Virus record (IMG/VR): IMGVR_UViG_3300045988_084999
DNA: 64,000 bases
DNA from: a virus
Direction: 5' to 3' (one strand)
Each line of letters begins with the position of its first letter. Position 1 is the stretch's first letter. This document shows, piece after piece, positions 48,123 through 58,416 of the stretch. The translations under genes were made by a program, and so were the position numbers. The notes beneath the pieces are model-generated. The model searched no databases. It had not been told where the DNA came from and was given only the letters and a program-made list of their open reading frames with translations.

Positions 48123-48914
48123 TTAAGCCCCTACCCGAATTGTCGGATTATTTTTCAAACTTGCGGAAAGTTGACGCTGAAAATCTGTCATAGGCGGAAA
48201 CTCTCTTTTATTCTCATACAGGGCCTTTCTCATGGGCTTATGCTGACGCATACAATACCACATGATTTCCGCCTCAATCAGAACATCCTCAAGCCCCGTA
48301 TGACTTTCTTCAAAATCGGTATTGCCAGAGATAAACCGCCACACGATTTCCGCAGTCTTGCGGGGGACACCATTAGCCTGGACATATCCGTTTTCCTGAC
48401 AGAATTTCTTATAAGTGGGCATATTGCAGATAACATCCTGTGTCATCTTCATAATATCCCAAATCTCCACGCTGTCAAACGGGAACCAATAACGCCACTT
48501 GGAGTAGGTCACATAACGCTGTGTAACTCTCAAGGCATTATCGTCAAATCTGGCATTATAAGCCGCAACTTCCTTAATGCCGTATCGCTCAATGGTATTG
48601 AGCATAGCTTGGCGGATTTCATAAGTGGTAGCCATTTTACGAGTGCCGGCCCGCAGTTCCTCAATATAGCGGGGAATTTTCCAATTATAATAAGCAGTCC
48701 GCATGAGATCCCGCTCATCGTTGAAAATGTCCCTATTTACAAAACTGGCAGTTTCATAAATATTGCCCTTGGTATCCACTACCGCCCATCCGCAATCATA
48801 GACAAGAACGCAACTCATATCCATGCGGGCTTTGCCGTTTTCGTCAGTTTCAGTCAGTGTGTTAGCAGTTTCAGTATCAACCACCAAAACATAGTGTCTA
48901 CGCTTATCAATCAT
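48123..48914 (-). CDS. DnaQ-like 3'-5' exonuclease (DEDD family)
   Basis: YVLVVDTETA and HTGLEDV motifs. Confidence 0.6.
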   Translation of the reverse strand: MIDKRRHYVLVVDTETANTLTETDENGKARMDMSCVLVYDCGWAVVDTKGNIYETASFVNRDIFNDERDLMRTAYYNWKIPRYIEELRAGTRKMATTYEIRQAMLNTIERYGIKEVAAYNARFDDNALRVTQRYVTYSKWRYWFPFDSVEIWDIMKMTQDVICNMPTYKKFCQENGYVQANGVPRKTAEIVWRFISGNTDFEESHTGLEDVLIEAEIMWYCMRQHKPMRKALYENKREFPPMTDFQRQLSASLKNNPTIRVGA

Positions 48915-49530
48915 AATCTTTGACTTCCTTTCCTCTTGTTGAGTTTATTATAGCACATATCATGCTTGATGTCAAGAGGAAAAGGAAATTTTTATTGCGA
49001 TTTACTGCAAGCTACTGGGCATTAGAACGGCCTATTCTAACGGCGTTCACTCGACTTACGACACAATATAAATTTACTTCCTTTACTTTCTAAGAGTTCG
49101 CGACCTCTTGATTTCTTGGCCTTCCCCTCTTGACAAATATATAATACCATACTTTCGGGATAATTACAAGATGGCAAATTGCACAAAATTTGCAAGCCAA
49201 AATTGTGCAACATCGACAAAAACAAAAACTCGGCTCGCCGCGTGCGCCAGCGAGCCGCCCAAACGATATTAAAGAGTAAAAATAAGAGGGCCGAAGCCCT
49301 CTTAATATCCAAGATATTCTTTATTGATAATCTCGTCAAGCCAATAGCTCAAATCTTCAAGCGAAATATCGTCATCAATTTCATTGTCGGCCATAACCTG
49401 ATCAATTTGACCAATGAGAATGGACGCATTTTTCAATACTTGTCGCTCTTCCTCGCTGAGGATAAGCCTATTAACCTTTCTAATCTTCATTTACAAAACT
49501 TCCTTTCTTATTTTAAGATTGACTGGTGGA

Positions 49531-49995
49531 TTACTCTACCAGTCGCCATAAGGCCGTAGGTAAATCTTCATGTGGCTCGATTGTTTCCCCTAAATGCCAG
49601 CCATCCCGCACACTTTTATTATCATCAATCAAAATGAAATTGCTAATTCCCGGCTCAAAGTGTTTCCGCACACAATTTGCTTTTGTTGTGCCATATTCCA
49701 CAAGGTGGACTTTATGTGCGGGGAAGTTGTATTTTGCAAGCCAAGTGCGCTTTGCGTCACGAACAGCAGTTTTATATGAGTTAGAACTGTCTTTTGCAAG
49801 CCAACTGATAACCCGAATTTCCCAGCCCTGCTCAATGAGTTTATTAAGAACGGTATTCAATTCTTCTATATCGCAAAGAGGTTTGGCGACTGTATATGGA
49901 TAGGGATTTTCATTCATTAAATCTTTTAACCAATCATCCACGCCGTACAGGTCAGCGATTGTTCCATCCATATCAAAGCAGAGCATCTTTTTCAT
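49531..49995 (-). CDS. HAD-superfamily 5'(3')-deoxyribonucleotidase-like phosphatase
   Basis: CFDMDGTIADL motif I; 154 aa. Confidence 0.55.
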   Translation of the reverse strand: MKKMLCFDMDGTIADLYGVDDWLKDLMNENPYPYTVAKPLCDIEELNTVLNKLIEQGWEIRVISWLAKDSSNSYKTAVRDAKRTWLAKYNFPAHKVHLVEYGTTKANCVRKHFEPGISNFILIDDNKSVRDGWHLGETIEPHEDLPTALWRLVE

Positions 49996-50194
49996 TTTGA
50001 TTTACTTCCTTTCTTTAGGTTGATTAAAGTATATCAGATTTCGGGATAGAAAACAAGAGGCAAACTGCACAAAATTTCGGCTGGAAAATTGTGCAACTTC
50101 TACAAAAGAGAAAATTCGGCGCGCCACGCACGTTAGCGCGCCGCCGAGAAGCCTATTCAAAAAATGGGATAAAAAAGAGGGCCGAAGCCCTCTT

Positions 50195-50656
50195 TTAACT
50201 TTCACATATATTTGCAAGAAATCTTGCAGAAAGTTTAACCATGTCATGGACAGATTCTTCGTTATTGCTATTTTTATAGCAAATAAAACCAAGCTGGTCG
50301 CCATTCACAAGAATTGGTGTAATAAACATACTTTCCCATTTTGTCGCCGAACTGCGAATATCAATCCAGTCATCGGGAACTCTTGTAATTCCAAAGGAAC
50401 GCGGCCCGCATAAAATTCCATCATTGTCAAAAATAGCCGCGGCGATTCCGTTAGATGAAAGGGCATTTTGCATTTGTTTAGCGTAAGAGGAAAATTCTCC
50501 CATTATAGAATATTTCTTAAAAACTACGCCGCCATCTTCTTCAAGAAAAATCTCTAATGGGTCGCCTTCTCTAATATGAAGGTTTCTACGGATTTCCTTT
50601 GGAATTACTATCCGGCCCAAATCATCAATACGGCGCACAATTCCAGTAGCTTTCAT
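50195..50656 (-). CDS. SpoVT/AbrB-type transcriptional regulator (AbrB N-domain plus GAF-like C-domain)
   Basis: GIVRRIDDLGRIVIPKEIRRNLHIREGDPLEIF. Confidence 0.6.
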   Translation of the reverse strand: MKATGIVRRIDDLGRIVIPKEIRRNLHIREGDPLEIFLEEDGGVVFKKYSIMGEFSSYAKQMQNALSSNGIAAAIFDNDGILCGPRSFGITRVPDDWIDIRSSATKWESMFITPILVNGDQLGFICYKNSNNEESVHDMVKLSARFLANICES

Positions 50657-50708
50657 TTTTATCTGCGGGAGTGCAAGATTTATAGTCTTGCACTCCCTTC
50701 CTCCCTTC

Positions 50709-51101
50709 TTAATCCAGTTCTTTCAACATCCGTTCGAGGTCAGCTTTAGTACCACCCAACTCAAGCGTAAGAATAATTTCCGTTACGGCATTTTTCTCCC
50801 AGTCGCTAACTTCCCGCATGGCCTTTTTCTTCTCGTTCTCCATAGCGGGGTAAATACAATCCTGGCAAGCCTCTACCAGCCGGTCATTATATCTGCGGAA
50901 ACTCATCCCCTTGTTTTTAACCTCCGAAAGAAGTTCGTCGTTAAGGGCTTTTACCGCCTGCTTAACTTTCTCCTGCATGATTTTACACTCTGTCTCATAA
51001 GCGGAAAAGGTTTCATGGACAGCCTGCCTCTTGATTTCAGCCTTTACTCCAACTTCCTTTTCAATATACTCCCGAACAACCTTACTAACACGCATTTCCA
51101 A
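50709..51101 (-). CDS. Hypothetical protein
   Basis: 130 aa. Confidence 0.3.
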   Translation of the reverse strand: MEMRVSKVVREYIEKEVGVKAEIKRQAVHETFSAYETECKIMQEKVKQAVKALNDELLSEVKNKGMSFRRYNDRLVEACQDCIYPAMENEKKKAMREVSDWEKNAVTEIILTLELGGTKADLERMLKELD

Positions 51102-51347
51102 AACTTCCTTTCTTAATTTTAATTTTTATTTATCGGGGTCGCCCCTTCCATGGTCTTATTGTACCATAGTTGGGGCGATTTGTCAACCCCTTACATCAAA
51201 GTTTTTGCAAGATATGCGAACATTAAGATTTCCGCCGCAAACATGATTTCAAGTCCTATGCAATCTTTTTCAATAGCGGCTACAAATTGCCATACCAGAC
51301 ACAGAACAAAAGCAATCAGAATTATCATGGTAAAAGTTGTCATATAC

Positions 51348-51674
51348 TCACCCCGCAAAGGAAACTTCCGCAAAGTTAATATTGAAACGCTCCCATTCGC
51401 TTTCCATGCCTAACATCATATCATGGAAAAGGTCATCACGATTTTTATATCCATCTTCTTCCAGAATAGCCTCCCATTCTCCATCGTCATATTGATTTTC
51501 CAGATAATCCAACGCAGACTTGCGGGCGGCGATGGTATTAGACGCTACGCAGATAGGTTTATCGTCGTATCCGTCCGTGACCAAAATCATTTTCTTTTCT
51601 TCCATGATTTTTTCTTTCCTTTCTTTCGAGGTGTTTCTGTCTCCCTCTTTCTGATAATAATATACCACAGGCAA
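51348..51674 (-). CDS. Hypothetical protein
   Basis: 108 aa. Confidence 0.3.
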   Translation of the reverse strand: MPVVYYYQKEGDRNTSKERKEKIMEEKKMILVTDGYDDKPICVASNTIAARKSALDYLENQYDDGEWEAILEEDGYKNRDDLFHDMMLGMESEWERFNINFAEVSFAG

Positions 51675-53693
51675 AGCAGAAAGTCAAGCGATTTTAGGAA
51701 AAAATTCTTCGTCAGATTGCACAACAATTCGAGTCTAAAATTGTGAAAATTGCCTCTTGATAAAAAATTCCGGCCGCGCCTATAGTGCACGGCCGGGCGA
51801 TCGAATAAAAAAAGAACCTCCTGAATTTCAGGAGGTCATTAATTTCTGCATACCAACAACTCCCTTTCTTTTGAGAAGTCAATCGGCATTTTCAACAATC
51901 TTTAATCCGTTTGCTTGGATAATTTTCATAGCTTCTTCAAGCGAGGAATCAACCGATCCGCAGTCAATACAGATATATTTTCTACCATCTTTTACCATAG
52001 TAGTAAAATAGTATTCCTAACCGGAAGTAAGTCCCATTTGTTCACGCAAGCGAATCGGAATCATAATTCTACCACTTGAATCTAATTTGCGAGAGAAAGT
52101 AGTTTCTTGCATTTTGATAAATAAATTCTAGTGACCTAGGCTCGTGCGAAAAACGACTCCATCACGGGAATCGCCGATTTAGAACAATCGGAAGGAACAT
52201 TTACCACTCGCAAGGCATTTTCTGGCAGAACTGAGACATAGGACAATTTTTACAAGAATCCTAGTTCAAACAGAACTCCAAAATAACCACGAGTGCTTTC
52301 AGCACTTCTAAGGTCATTAGAAAAACTCCTTTCTTTATTTTTCTATAATTATTATAATATATTTTTTTGAAAAAATCAATAGGGCCGGCATTACGCCAAC
52401 CCTAATCTCTGTAACCAAACCAGATGGTATTTACCAATGTGAAGTAGAACTGTGCCATATCCCTTATTTGTCCAAACAGTGGAGCCAATGGGATATGTGT
52501 GCGGTAAACGCTCAATACTCACTTTAATTCCACCTCCTCGAAAGCTCCAATTTTTAGCAGATAATTATATAAGGCTCTATCTTGCTTGTCGCCGGCATTA
52601 AAATCAAGCGTACGAACACAGCCGGTAACATTGGAATTGAGAGGATGACTCAAACACCAACCAGCCATATTACAAATTGTGTCTCCAAACTCCGCAGATT
52701 TTTCTACACTTTCAAATTTAATAACAGCAATCATATTTATTCCTCCTTTTTATCATGGGGAGTGGAGGTTTGTGGCCTCCACTCCCGCAAGTTTTCTTAA
52801 TCATCTACATAAATGATTAAATTGTTATCTCTTGCCTCAATGCCGGTTACCTGAAGTCCTAGAACCCATTCCTTAGATACCTCGATTACGTCTCCTCCCA
52901 GAGTTATTCTACCATCAGGTAATTCATGGTAATGAGCTTGGGTATTCTTATTGATAATTTCAAATCCCTCCCCGTCAAAGAACATAGTATCTTCTGCAAG
53001 CGGAGAAAGTAACCAAGCAACCATATCTAAAGTCATTTTTTTTACTTCCTTTCAAATTCTTTTTGTGGCCTGTCCCTTTGGACAAGTATATAATAACACA
53101 TGGCAAAAGGAATGTCAAGTAATTTCGGGAGAAAAACTTTCGTCGAATTGCACAGACTTTCGGTCATATAATTGTTGAAATTGCCGAATAAATAAAAATT
53201 CGGGCCGCGGCGCACGCTGGCGGCCCGGCGAAAAGTCAATATGGAAAAGTGCATAAAAATGACTGGCAATCTTTGTGTAGATTGCCAGTCAAGTATTATT
53301 CCTTTACAGCTCCATGGTTTCCATGAGATAGCCCGTGCCCATCGGCACCTCCCGCAGATTGCTGGGACTTATACGCAACTTATATTTCCTATTGATTTTA
53401 TTCGCCGCACTTGTCTTATCTCTTGCTTGGACAATTACTGGTATATGGAGTTTATTCAGAGTGGGCTTATTAAGACTGAAATATCCCATCTCTCTGCGCT
53501 TGCGGCCCATGGCGTCGATATAAGTCCCTCTATACATTTTTTTCCTCCTATTATTTAGTCATGAGAACGAACATATTATATTCGCTGTGCTGTGGGTTTG
53601 GCTCACAGTTATCCGCCACTATATCAGCCCAACTAAGAACTGCCCAGAGTAGGAGAGCGGCACAAATGCCGCCTCCTATCCGCTTAATAATTC

Positions 53694-53996
53694 TCATTTC
53701 CATTTCTTTGCCTCCTGTTCTTTAACCCATTCAGTACCGATTGTATCTCCGACCATAGCAACCTTATATTCGTCTTCGCTTGCAATTCTGGTATGCAGAT
53801 TGCTATTGATAAACTTTCTATTGATATAAGCCCAGTGTGGCATATAGGCCACTCGCATGGCATTAAAAGCATCCAGGTCTAAGATGATGCCGTCCTCTAC
53901 CTCTGCGGAACGCACATTCATCTTATACCGCAAAAGTTTAATAAATTCACGCTTTCTAAAAGTAGGCCCAACGAACCACTTAATATAATTGTTCAT
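53694..53996 (-). CDS. Hypothetical protein
   Basis: 100 aa. Confidence 0.3.
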   Translation of the reverse strand: MNNYIKWFVGPTFRKREFIKLLRYKMNVRSAEVEDGIILDLDAFNAMRVAYMPHWAYINRKFINSNLHTRIASEDEYKVAMVGDTIGTEWVKEQEAKKWK

Positions 53997-54263
53997 AGTC
54001 TTTTATCCTTTCTCCCCGTATAGCCGTTAGGTCAGCTTCTTTTTAATCTACGATTTCTCCACTGGATAAATCTACAATCCAATGATTGGGATTGACTATC
54101 TCGTGACTGGCTTTCCATCTTGCCATTGAAAGGGTGGATGGTTCATAATAGCGCATTTTCTCATTGGCTAAAACCTGTAATTGATACATATAGTATACCC
54201 CTTTCTTTTAATTATTATAACCCTGCCTTGCCTTGTGTTTTGCAAGGCAGGGTTTATAAACTG

Positions 54264-54632
54264 TTATCCTCTAATTTCTTCTTCTTGGGTCTTTGTCGCC
54301 CAATCAAAAGAGGTACGAATATCGGAAGGTCTGCGGAATTGCTCTGCTTCGGCTTCCGTTCCACCTAATGCCATAGCATAGGCTTTCCAGTCAACCGTTC
54401 CTTTTGCGGTAGTTTCTTTATATACCACCGCTTTCGCCTTACCCTGCATTTGTACCGTGCCATATAGATAACTTGTTTTGTCCGTAGCCTTAAAAGCCTT
54501 ACCTAATCTGGAGAATAGCTCTTTAGCCTTAGCCTTAGCTGCTTTCTCCGCCGCCTCCGCCGCAGACTTAGCCATCTTAGCCGCCATATACTCCATAATA
54601 ATGGCTCGATCTTCATTGGTAAAATCAATCTT
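54264..54632 (-). CDS. Hypothetical Ala/Lys-rich protein (start at MKKIDF)
   Basis: Internal start with RBS. The ORF-track version is longer. Confidence 0.3.
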   Translation of the reverse strand, partial: KIDFTNEDRAIIMEYMAAKMAKSAAEAAEKAAKAKAKELFSRLGKAFKATDKTSYLYGTVQMQGKAKAVVYKETTAKGTVDWKAYAMALGGTEAEAEQFRRPSDIRTSFDWATKTQEEEIRG

Positions 54633-55442
54633 TTTCATACTCTTTTGACTCCCTTTCTTTTTGTGGTGTGATTCTCTTTTGTTCTGTCTGTATTGTATCA
54701 AACCTTTAGCAGTTTGTCAATACCTTTTTTGAAATTTTTTAATTTTCAAAGTGCTGTGCTTTTGTCTCTGTCCTACTGGACAAGTCCAGTTTACCACCAA
54801 AACGCTCACTTGTCAATAGTTTTTTTGAAATTTCTTTCTCTCTCTTTTGCACAAAATAAATAACATCTTGTTGTGCAGTTTGCACAAACCCTTTACGCGC
54901 GCGTATTCCTTTAGGGGCGTGCTTTCTTGCTTTCGTACTTTAGCGAGCGAAAGAGGCCAACTACACTTCAATACTTTACCATGTGAAAGAGGGGCGTGTA
55001 TTTTGGGAAAAACTGGAAATTTTTTGGTGAAATCGTTCTGCCACGCCATTTCAAAATCTAAATCAACTTTTCAATCTCAATAACGAAAAAGAGAGAAGAA
55101 CTCACTTCTTCTCTCCGCATTTACACTTCTTCTTTAAATTATATATAATATGATCTTCTACTTTGTAAATTGGATATAATTCTCCACAGACTGCGCATAT
55201 ATTATAATAATGCTTACCGTCAAACCATACTAATACTTTATCCATCGTCGGTTGCCTCAAAACTAAAAATCAAATTATATCCATCCTCAGTTTCTATCGT
55301 TTCATATCCTTTTAAGATATATCCATCTTCTAATTTAATATTAATCGCATCAGATCTCCACATTGTAGGAATATACTCTAGCCTTGGATAACGATTGTTC
55401 TCCTCCACGCAAGCAGTCAACAATAGTAAAATCAAAACTATA

Positions 55443-55880
55443 TTAATTATAAAGCTGATACTTCTTCCCAATTTTGTCAATTTCTTCCGCCTCCATTGGC
55501 CTAAATCCAATACACGTCAAAGTCCCTTCCGGGCCTTCGCGTTCTAACTCTGTTCTACAAGCATCATAGATAAGCCAATAATCCTTATTCTCTTCCCATC
55601 CTAATTCTTCTGCTATCTTAACAGCCTTTAACAAATCATTCTTATTCTTCGCTCTACAAACTACTTTGGTCTCCGCTTCCGCTATCCAATTATGGAATAA
55701 GTCTCTATCGAGGCTTATTCCTATATGATACATAAGACCGTCTCTTTCTTTAACAACTTCTTTACTTCCCCAATATAACTTTTCCAAAAGAAAAGCAATA
55801 GAAGCATGGGAAACTTGTGCGGCAAGTTTCCCTGGAGACATATTTAAGTCTCGTCTCGCAATAATTAATTGCTTGAACAT
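55443..55880 (-). CDS. Peptidyl-tRNA hydrolase, PTH2 family
   Basis: KQLIIARRDLNMSPGKLAAQVSHAS N-terminal signature. Confidence 0.55.
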   Translation of the reverse strand: MFKQLIIARRDLNMSPGKLAAQVSHASIAFLLEKLYWGSKEVVKERDGLMYHIGISLDRDLFHNWIAEAETKVVCRAKNKNDLLKAVKIAEELGWEENKDYWLIYDACRTELEREGPEGTLTCIGFRPMEAEEIDKIGKKYQLYN

Positions 55881-56632
55881 TTTTCCAAAACCTCCAAGAA
55901 AATTCTAAAATTGCGGGAATTGCGGTTTGGAATCGCAAAATAGATATTTGGAATATTATAATTGCGGGCTGCGTTTACGAGCAAGGTGGCGACCGTTGAT
56001 GGATCTTGCATAAAAACACCACAGCCCCAGGCTCCCGCGATTAAATTTTCCACTCCCTTAGCCTCGGCAATCCGATACATAAAATTAATTCTCTCTTCCA
56101 TTATCCTATTGTTTAGAGAAAGAGGAACTTGCTGATAAGTATGTGCTGTTCTATAATTAGGAGAAGCACAAGTAATTACATCAGCTAATTTTCTACCATT
56201 GTCTTTTTCAAAGACTACATCAGGAGTATAGATAGCTCTATCAAGATATAGGGCTCGATTTAGTCTCTGTCTATTCCATGCGTAATAAGTATCATCAAAA
56301 GCAAGAAGAATAGGATAAAGGTTGCTTTCGTGACACAATGCCTCTTCTTGTGCAGAGCTGCCTCCAAGGAAGTAACCACCTGGATGTTTATAGCTTGCAT
56401 AATTTAAGATCGCAGTCTTGCTCCGATCGGTTAAACTGAATAGACAGGATACGCTATCTTGATCTTTAAGATAAAAGGTATTATGGTAGGTTTCTCGCGG
56501 TTTTTGCGGAAAAGGAAGATTGGGGCCAAAAATTTCAGAGTTTATAATTGCGCGATCTGTATCTTCCTTGAGTCTCACTTTAATGTCTGCGTAATGCGAT
56601 TGCGCGTGTTGTTTGAGCTCTTCTCGTTTCAT
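55865..56632 (-). CDS. Microbial-type PARG-like macrodomain protein (TIGR02452-like, ADP-ribose processing)
   Basis: …ASYKHPGGYFLGGSSAQEEALCHESNLY…AGAWGCGVF… motifs. Start moved to MKREELK, which has an RBS. Confidence 0.5.
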   Translation of the reverse strand: MKREELKQHAQSHYADIKVRLKEDTDRAIINSEIFGPNLPFPQKPRETYHNTFYLKDQDSVSCLFSLTDRSKTAILNYASYKHPGGYFLGGSSAQEEALCHESNLYPILLAFDDTYYAWNRQRLNRALYLDRAIYTPDVVFEKDNGRKLADVITCASPNYRTAHTYQQVPLSLNNRIMEERINFMYRIAEAKGVENLIAGAWGCGVFMQDPSTVATLLVNAARNYNIPNIYFAIPNRNSRNFRIFLEVLEKCSSN

Positions 56633-56856
56633 TGCAGTTTCCTTTCTTCCGTGCGGTTGGGCAGAAGTGGATAATTTAATTATCCCAATCTTCAAATAAA
56701 GTGTGTAAACTATTTGTTTCCGCCGCTAATCTCTTTAAATATTCTTTAAGCATTTTATTTTCTTTAACTTTAATTGCATAATCGCAAGTATTGTCGCAGT
56801 CTGGTGTGTACTACCGACCGAATCTATTATAACAATAATCAATGCAAGGACACATT

Positions 56857-57303
56857 TTACTCATATTTACACCCATTCATTCTACAGTCTATTGTGCATT
56901 GCCCTGACGCTCCTTCACAAGGAATAGCATCAGGATAGTATTCAAAATAAGACGAGGTTAATAGAACTTCATATCCAAGTTCCCGCAGTATTCTTTCTGC
57001 GACATATCTATCTCTTAATTTAATCCATTCTTCTCTATTTACTTTTGTTTCTTCATATATTTTTCGAGATTCTTCCATATCTATTGTTATGATACCATCG
57101 GTGTTAGTTTTAAATACTGAAGGACTTTGTGTATGATAAAATTTTCGAAAGGGATTGTTAATATGAAGAACTTCTTCAGCATATTTGTCAAAATCTCCCG
57201 AAAATTTCATTATCTTTGCGCCTGTTTCGCTAACTATAAACAATTTTTCATCAACCCCAATCTTGTTAATAGACCTACTCCTCCGGGGACAGGAGTTGAC
57301 CAT
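56857..57303 (-). CDS. Hypothetical protein
   Basis: 148 aa. Confidence 0.3.
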   Translation of the reverse strand: MVNSCPRRSRSINKIGVDEKLFIVSETGAKIMKFSGDFDKYAEEVLHINNPFRKFYHTQSPSVFKTNTDGIITIDMEESRKIYEETKVNREEWIKLRDRYVAERILRELGYEVLLTSSYFEYYPDAIPCEGASGQCTIDCRMNGCKYE

Positions 57304-57995
57304 ACATTATTTCTTTTTGCAATTTCATCAATTTCTACAAAGTCTCCAAGAATAATTCCTGCTTCATTTCTGCGAATACCAACATCTATAACAATAGCGT
57401 TAGGACAGGCTTCTCTTGTTAAGCTAAATTTTCCTACCGCAGAGACAATTAAATCTGCTTGCCTTGTTAAATAGAGTTTTGTATTTATATCTGTTTTGCT
57501 ATGACATACTGATACGGTCATATTTCTATCCAGTAGAGCTTTAGCCATTGGCTTTCCTACAATATCGCTTCTTCCCAAAATAACAGCAGATTTACCTTCG
57601 TAGTTAAAACCACATTCATCCAAATAGTCTATAATTCCTCTTACTGTTGCTGGAGTAATATTGCTCATAGGATTTAAACCATCCGCATCTTTAGAGATAG
57701 GTATTTGACTATAATTGAAATCAATTCCATTTGCTACTGGCATTTGAACTATTACCGCATCCCAGTCTTTCGCATGGCCTAAGAGTAATCTTAACTCTAC
57801 TGAACTATTCGCTCTAAACACTTCTGCTTCCCAACCAAGAGCATTAAAGTCTTTTATTTTATTACGAATATAAATTTGATTTGCGGGATCCTAGGCTGTT
57901 GCGTCGATAATCATGAGTGATGGAACATTACCACTAATCTCCCGCAATTTGTTTACCTATTGTTGAAAATATTCTTTTATATTAATCTATTGCAT
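57234..57995 (-). CDS. folD: Methylenetetrahydrofolate dehydrogenase/cyclohydrolase (FolD) with 3 in-frame TAGs in the N-terminal third
   Basis: The C-terminal NAD(P) domain AVILGRSDIVGKPMAKALLDRNMTVSVCHSKT…ADLIVSAVGKF is in the ORF track. The upstream frame continues as MQ-TAG-INIKEYFQQ-TAG-VNKLREISGNVPSLMIIDATA-TAG-DPANQIYIRNKIKDFNALGWEAEV, which matches the FolD N-domain. Confidence 0.55.
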
Positions 57996-58416
57996 CTGGA
58001 TTAAGCCTCCAAGGGTCACTAGTATCGTAATCAATCATTTCATAGAAAGATATTTCATTTTCATTAACTTCTAATACCTAGTGAGGAATACACTATACTT
58101 CATAGTCAAAATCTTTATTAATATGGTAAGAAGTATATATATGAATAGCAATAGGTCTAGGATCATTAACTCCCTAAATATCCCATAAACTTATTGCTTT
58201 ATTTTGGAAGATTTCCTAAGCATACTATGGAGATATAGCAATACTGATTATTAAGATATTAAAATAATACTATGCTTTTTTCGGTAAATCTAAATATGGT
58301 TCGTCAAAGAACATTGGCAAACAAATCTCCTATCTTATTTTTTATAATTATATTATAACATTTTTAAATAAATTAATCAAATAAGATTTGACAATCTAGT
58401 TTTTTTTTGTTATTAT

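Noticed and set aside
48171-48923. 250-aa plus-strand ORF
   Set aside because: It is antisense to the DnaQ-like exonuclease gene, which has clear catalytic motifs. It looks like a shadow ORF.
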